Below are positions 60,669-64,000 of a stretch of 64,000 bases of DNA, one piece after another. A program made the translations under genes and the position numbers. The notes under the pieces were generated by a model. It had not been told where the DNA came from. It was given only the letters and a program-made list of their open reading frames with translations, and did not search any database. The stretch covers positions 128,001-192,000 of the forward strand of contig JAHQWG010000047.1 of the NCBI GenBank assembly GCA_029856045.1. Direction: 5' to 3'. Every line of letters begins with the position of its first letter. The stretch's first letter is position 1. This stretch comes from Promethearchaeia archaeon. GTDB lineage: Archaea; Asgardarchaeota; Lokiarchaeia; Sigyniarchaeales; SOKP01.

Positions 60669-60741
60669 AGCCAGTGGTGGGACTTGAACCCACGAATAAC
60701 CGCTCTGCAGGCGGTCTCCTTAGCCACTCGGATACACTGGC
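60669..60741 (-). tRNA. tRNA-Cys (GCA), no intron, CCA not encoded
   Basis: Minus strand reads GCCAGTGTATCCGAGTGGCTAAGGAGACCGCCTGCAGAGCGGTTATTCGTGGGTTCAAGTCCCACCACTGGCT: acceptor GCCAGTG/CACTGGC, anticodon arm ACCGC-CTGCAGA-GCGGT, T loop TTCAAGT, U73 discriminator. Confidence 0.95.
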
Positions 60742-61089
60742 TTTTATTGCTGTCGAGTTATTAAAAATATGTATATTATATCAAATAAATTTTATTCTAA
60801 TATTCTTTTAAAATTATTCATTGAATTGTTCTCGCCATTCCTTGATGGATAACATATTAATATCCTCCTGAAAAATTTTCAATATAGCATCTATTTAAGC
60901 AATTTAAACATAATTCTGTGATGAATTACAATCATTAAATACTCAATTTTGCCAAAGCAAATGAATTTAAACCTTTTGGAACTATTAATGGAAAATAAGT
61001 ATGATGAAATATTGAGGGGCTTGATAGGGTCTTCGTGAAAATATTAAGGAATTTGATAATATTATAATAAAATTTTGAGAATGTAATTT

Positions 61090-62148
61090 CTAAGAGTCCC
61101 AAAAACCCCTTTTCTTTAAATATCTTCCCAAATAAACCAAGATTAGCATGATAGGAACTTCCCAGAATAACCCCATGGTTGTACCAAGTGCCGCCACTGA
61201 ACCAACTCCGTACATTGTAATAGCTGTGGCAATAGCTATTTCAAAGTGGCTTGAAGAACCAATAATAACTGTTATGATTGCTTCTCTATATTTCATTTTG
61301 AAGAGTTTTGTAATTAGTATGTTGTAGCCAACTACAATCATAAATCCAACCAATAATGGGATTGTAACTACTATTAACAAATCTGGATTATTAATCAACA
61401 CATTTCCATTCAATGAGAAAAGAATGACTAAAGTTGTCAATAATGCAATAATTGAAATTTTTCCAACAAATGGTCGATAATTATCATTAAACCATTCTAC
61501 TCCCTTGGAATTAATTATCAATTTTTTACTGACTATACCTAAGAATAATGGAATTCCGATAAAAAATAATAATGAAATTAATAAAAGTACCCAATCAATG
61601 GGAATATTTTGAATCCCTGTGAGTAATGTAACAATAGGAACATAAAGAAAAATTATAGTGATTGTATTTAAACTGGTATTAACCACATTTTGTTCTTGAT
61701 TACCCTTTGCCATATAACCCCATACTAGGACCATTGCTGTACAGGGTGATGAGCTAAGAAGAATAACCGCTACAATTAACTGTTCATTACCGTTTAAAAA
61801 TAGATTTACCATTACCAAGCCAACTATAGGCGCGATAACCCAATTGGATAAAATCGTCAATATTATTGGCTTAGGACTTTTTCTTAATTTTTTTAATTCT
61901 GATGCTTGTAGATTTAACATTGCGGGATACATCATTAAGAATAGGCAGATGCCAATTGGGATTGAAATACCCTGAATTTGCCAAGAATTAATCGATTCAC
62001 TTACTGCAGGTATAACTTGAGAAAAAATAATCCCAATGACCATACATAAGGCAACCCAAATTGGAAGATATTTTTCGAAAAAACCGATTCCTCTAGATCT
62101 TTCTTCTATTTTTTCCAGATCTGAGCTGTGTTCAGTTCCTATCACCAT
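61090..62148 (-). CDS. acr3: ACR3-family arsenite efflux transporter
   Basis: FFEKYLPIWV, LMMYP, NWVIAP, PCTAMVLVW, SSHFEIAIA, EVPIML. Confidence 0.93.
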   Translation of the reverse strand: MVIGTEHSSDLEKIEERSRGIGFFEKYLPIWVALCMVIGIIFSQVIPAVSESINSWQIQGISIPIGICLFLMMYPAMLNLQASELKKLRKSPKPIILTILSNWVIAPIVGLVMVNLFLNGNEQLIVAVILLSSSPCTAMVLVWGYMAKGNQEQNVVNTSLNTITIIFLYVPIVTLLTGIQNIPIDWVLLLISLLFFIGIPLFLGIVSKKLIINSKGVEWFNDNYRPFVGKISIIALLTTLVILFSLNGNVLINNPDLLIVVTIPLLVGFMIVVGYNILITKLFKMKYREAIITVIIGSSSHFEIAIATAITMYGVGSVAALGTTMGLFWEVPIMLILVYLGRYLKKRGFWDS

Positions 62149-62274
62149 GATTCTTCAAATAGATTTATTTATTTTTTTTTGATAAGATCCTTATATCTAA
62201 AAATATGGATTCAGATTTAAGTTTATCTATTTGAATTCAAAAAAATTATTAGTCATGATTTTAATACTATAATT

Positions 62275-62625
62275 ATGGGATTAAAAAATGAAGAAGAACT
62301 TAGACGTTTAATCGAATGTGTTGGAATTGATAAAAACATTGTTGAATATATTGAGGAATTAAAGAAAAAAAGAGATGAAATTTTATCTAGAAAAGATTTT
62401 GAAAGCAATTTATCACGCTATAACGCACTCGGACATAAAATTAGATATTTAATTTATAATTTAATAAAAAAAAAAGAAATATGCATATGCGAGTTAAATG
62501 CGATTTTAGATTTAACTCAACCAACAATTTCCCATCATGTAAAAATTTTAGAACAAGCAGGTTTGATTATTGGGATTAAAAGCGGGAGATTTACCCATTA
62601 TCAAATTAAAAAAGAAATTAATTAG
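62275..62625 (+). CDS. arsR: ArsR/SmtB-family transcriptional regulator
   Basis: ALGHKIRY, EICICEL, TQPTISHHVKILEQAGLI; divergent from acr3. Confidence 0.88.
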   Translation: MGLKNEEELRRLIECVGIDKNIVEYIEELKKKRDEILSRKDFESNLSRYNALGHKIRYLIYNLIKKKEICICELNAILDLTQPTISHHVKILEQAGLIIGIKSGRFTHYQIKKEIN

Positions 62626-62739
62626 ATTTTTTGAATGATTTAAAAATCAAAATTTTAATTAATTAAAAAAAATTGAGGTAAAGAGATTTCACTCACAATT
62701 TTAATGAAGCTTAAAATAAAATAAAAAAAAGAAATTGAA

Positions 62740-64000
62740 TTATTCTATAACTTCCATCTTAACTCCATGGTGTTCTGGGATAGGTTGTGCACCACAAGAG
62801 GCTCCCATCCAACACACCAATTGATCTCCCTCTTTATGCATGGGTTTCCCACAGTGCATTGGGAGTTCCATTATTTCTCCACATTCGGAACACTTCAATT
62901 TTCCCATAGTTATTTCACTATCTTTTTGTTTAATTTTTTCTTTTATAATTTTACCTTCTTCCTTTATTATATATTTTTCTGGATTATTCTTAAATTCAAT
63001 TTCACACGATTCATTGCAGAAATAATATTTTTTCCCTTTATATTCATATTCGATTGACTCGATTAACTTTATTTTCATACCACAGACGGGATCAGTAACT
63101 AATTCTTCAGATTCAGGTTTTTTATACATTAATTTTGGATCCATATGCTTATAATCCGCATATTTTTCCGGATTAGTTTTAAACTCTGTCTCACAGGATG
63201 AGCTGCAGAAGAAAAATTTCTCACCCTTATATTCATACTCAATTGATTGACTTGGAATTATTTCCATTCCGCAAATTGGATCGATTGCTTTCTTTTCGAT
63301 TAATAATTTTTCTTCTTGAATTTGTTGTTCAGTTCGTGGATCGAATCGTTTTAGGAATAATGCATTAGTGACCACGGAAACCGAGCTCGACGCCATAAAT
63401 AAAGCTGCCATATATGGTGGTAAGAAAAATCCCGTCAATGCATAAAGTAAGCCCGCAGCCATAGGGATTCCAATGATATTATAAATAAATGCCCAAAATA
63501 AATTGGTTATCATTTTTCTGTATGTTTTTTTAGATAATCTAATTGCCGAGACAACGTTTCTTAAATCTCCTCTCATTAAAACGATATCTGCAGTTTCAAT
63601 AGCTACATCAGTTCCGCTTCCTATTGCAATTCCAACATCAGCTTGTGCTAAGGCAGGAGCATCATTTATACCATCTCCAACCATTGCGACGATGTTACTT
63701 TCATTCAATTCTTGTGTAGATTTTACGGTTTTTGCTTTATCATTAGGCAAAACCTCTGCATATATATGGTTTTCTTCAAAATCTAATTCCTTTCCTATAC
63801 TTAAAGCTGTTTGCCTATTATCACCGGTAAGCATATATAGCTGAATCCCCATTTCTCTTAATTGATTAAGGGCATATGATGCTTGATCTTTGATTTTATC
63901 AGAGATTCCAATGATACCTCTAATTTTACTATCGACACTTAACAATATGGTAGTTATTCCACTATTTTGTAACTCCTTAAATTTGTTTTCAAATAGACCT
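62740..64000 (-). CDS. copA: P1B-type Cu+ ATPase (N-terminus outside the window) with two YHS domains and a C-terminal Cys/His domain
   Basis: MLTGDN, MVGDGINDAPALA, WAFIYN, MASSSVSV; DPICGM...FCSSSC and DPVCGM...FCNESC; frame open to the window end. Confidence 0.9.
   Translation of the reverse strand, partial: GLFENKFKELQNSGITTILLSVDSKIRGIIGISDKIKDQASYALNQLREMGIQLYMLTGDNRQTALSIGKELDFEENHIYAEVLPNDKAKTVKSTQELNESNIVAMVGDGINDAPALAQADVGIAIGSGTDVAIETADIVLMRGDLRNVVSAIRLSKKTYRKMITNLFWAFIYNIIGIPMAAGLLYALTGFFLPPYMAALFMASSSVSVVTNALFLKRFDPRTEQQIQEEKLLIEKKAIDPICGMEIIPSQSIEYEYKGEKFFFCSSSCETEFKTNPEKYADYKHMDPKLMYKKPESEELVTDPVCGMKIKLIESIEYEYKGKKYYFCNESCEIEFKNNPEKYIIKEEGKIIKEKIKQKDSEITMGKLKCSECGEIMELPMHCGKPMHKEGDQLVCWMGASCGAQPIPEHHGVKMEVIE

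Noticed and set aside
60626-60811. 61-aa ORF
   Set aside because: Antisense to tRNA-Cys
60814-60894. Minus-strand AGGAGG followed by ATG-MLSIKEWREQFNE* upstream of the tRNA
   Set aside because: 13 codons with no recognisable motif; may be the tail of a decayed gene; unsupported
60742-64000. Metal-resistance genes as an island integrated at tRNA-Cys
   Set aside because: They lie on the tRNA's 5' side, with no duplicated tRNA fragment or integrase visible
1-64000. CRISPR arrays, rRNA, IS elements
   Set aside because: No regularly spaced repeats, long GC-rich structural RNA or transposase ORFs seen by eye

Overview
AT-rich (roughly 30% GC by eye), gene-dense archaeal DNA. The gene content points to an Asgard archaeon, probably Lokiarchaeia/Promethearchaeia (inference): a gelsolin-plus-X-domain protein, a Rab-like small GTPase, a longin-like protein, PAC2, methanopterin enzymes, archaeal uS2 and multi-PAS histidine kinases. 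Most of the window is housekeeping or metabolic: mptD/mptG, cooC, rps2, leuCD-like, tmk, tldD/pmbA, ilvE, shikimate genes, adk, SufCB-like plus IscS/IscU Fe-S systems, tRNA-Cys with cysS, and acr3/arsR/copA. Main points of interest: (1) at least six apparently intact genes whose conserved N-terminal motifs can only be reached from ATT/ATA/ATC codons placed just behind GGTG/GAGG Shine-Dalgarno motifs, suggesting systematic non-canonical initiation; (2) three tandem LITAF-like zinc/membrane-hairpin proteins with C-terminal zinc ribbons; (3) a translationally coupled TIR + HEPN-like gene pair with no cyclase in the window, a candidate undescribed defence system; (4) an FGGY kinase / SCP2 lipid carrier / dehydrogenase-aldolase fusion cluster; (5) two small pseudogene relics missed by the ORF track. 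No CRISPR array, rRNA or transposase was seen.
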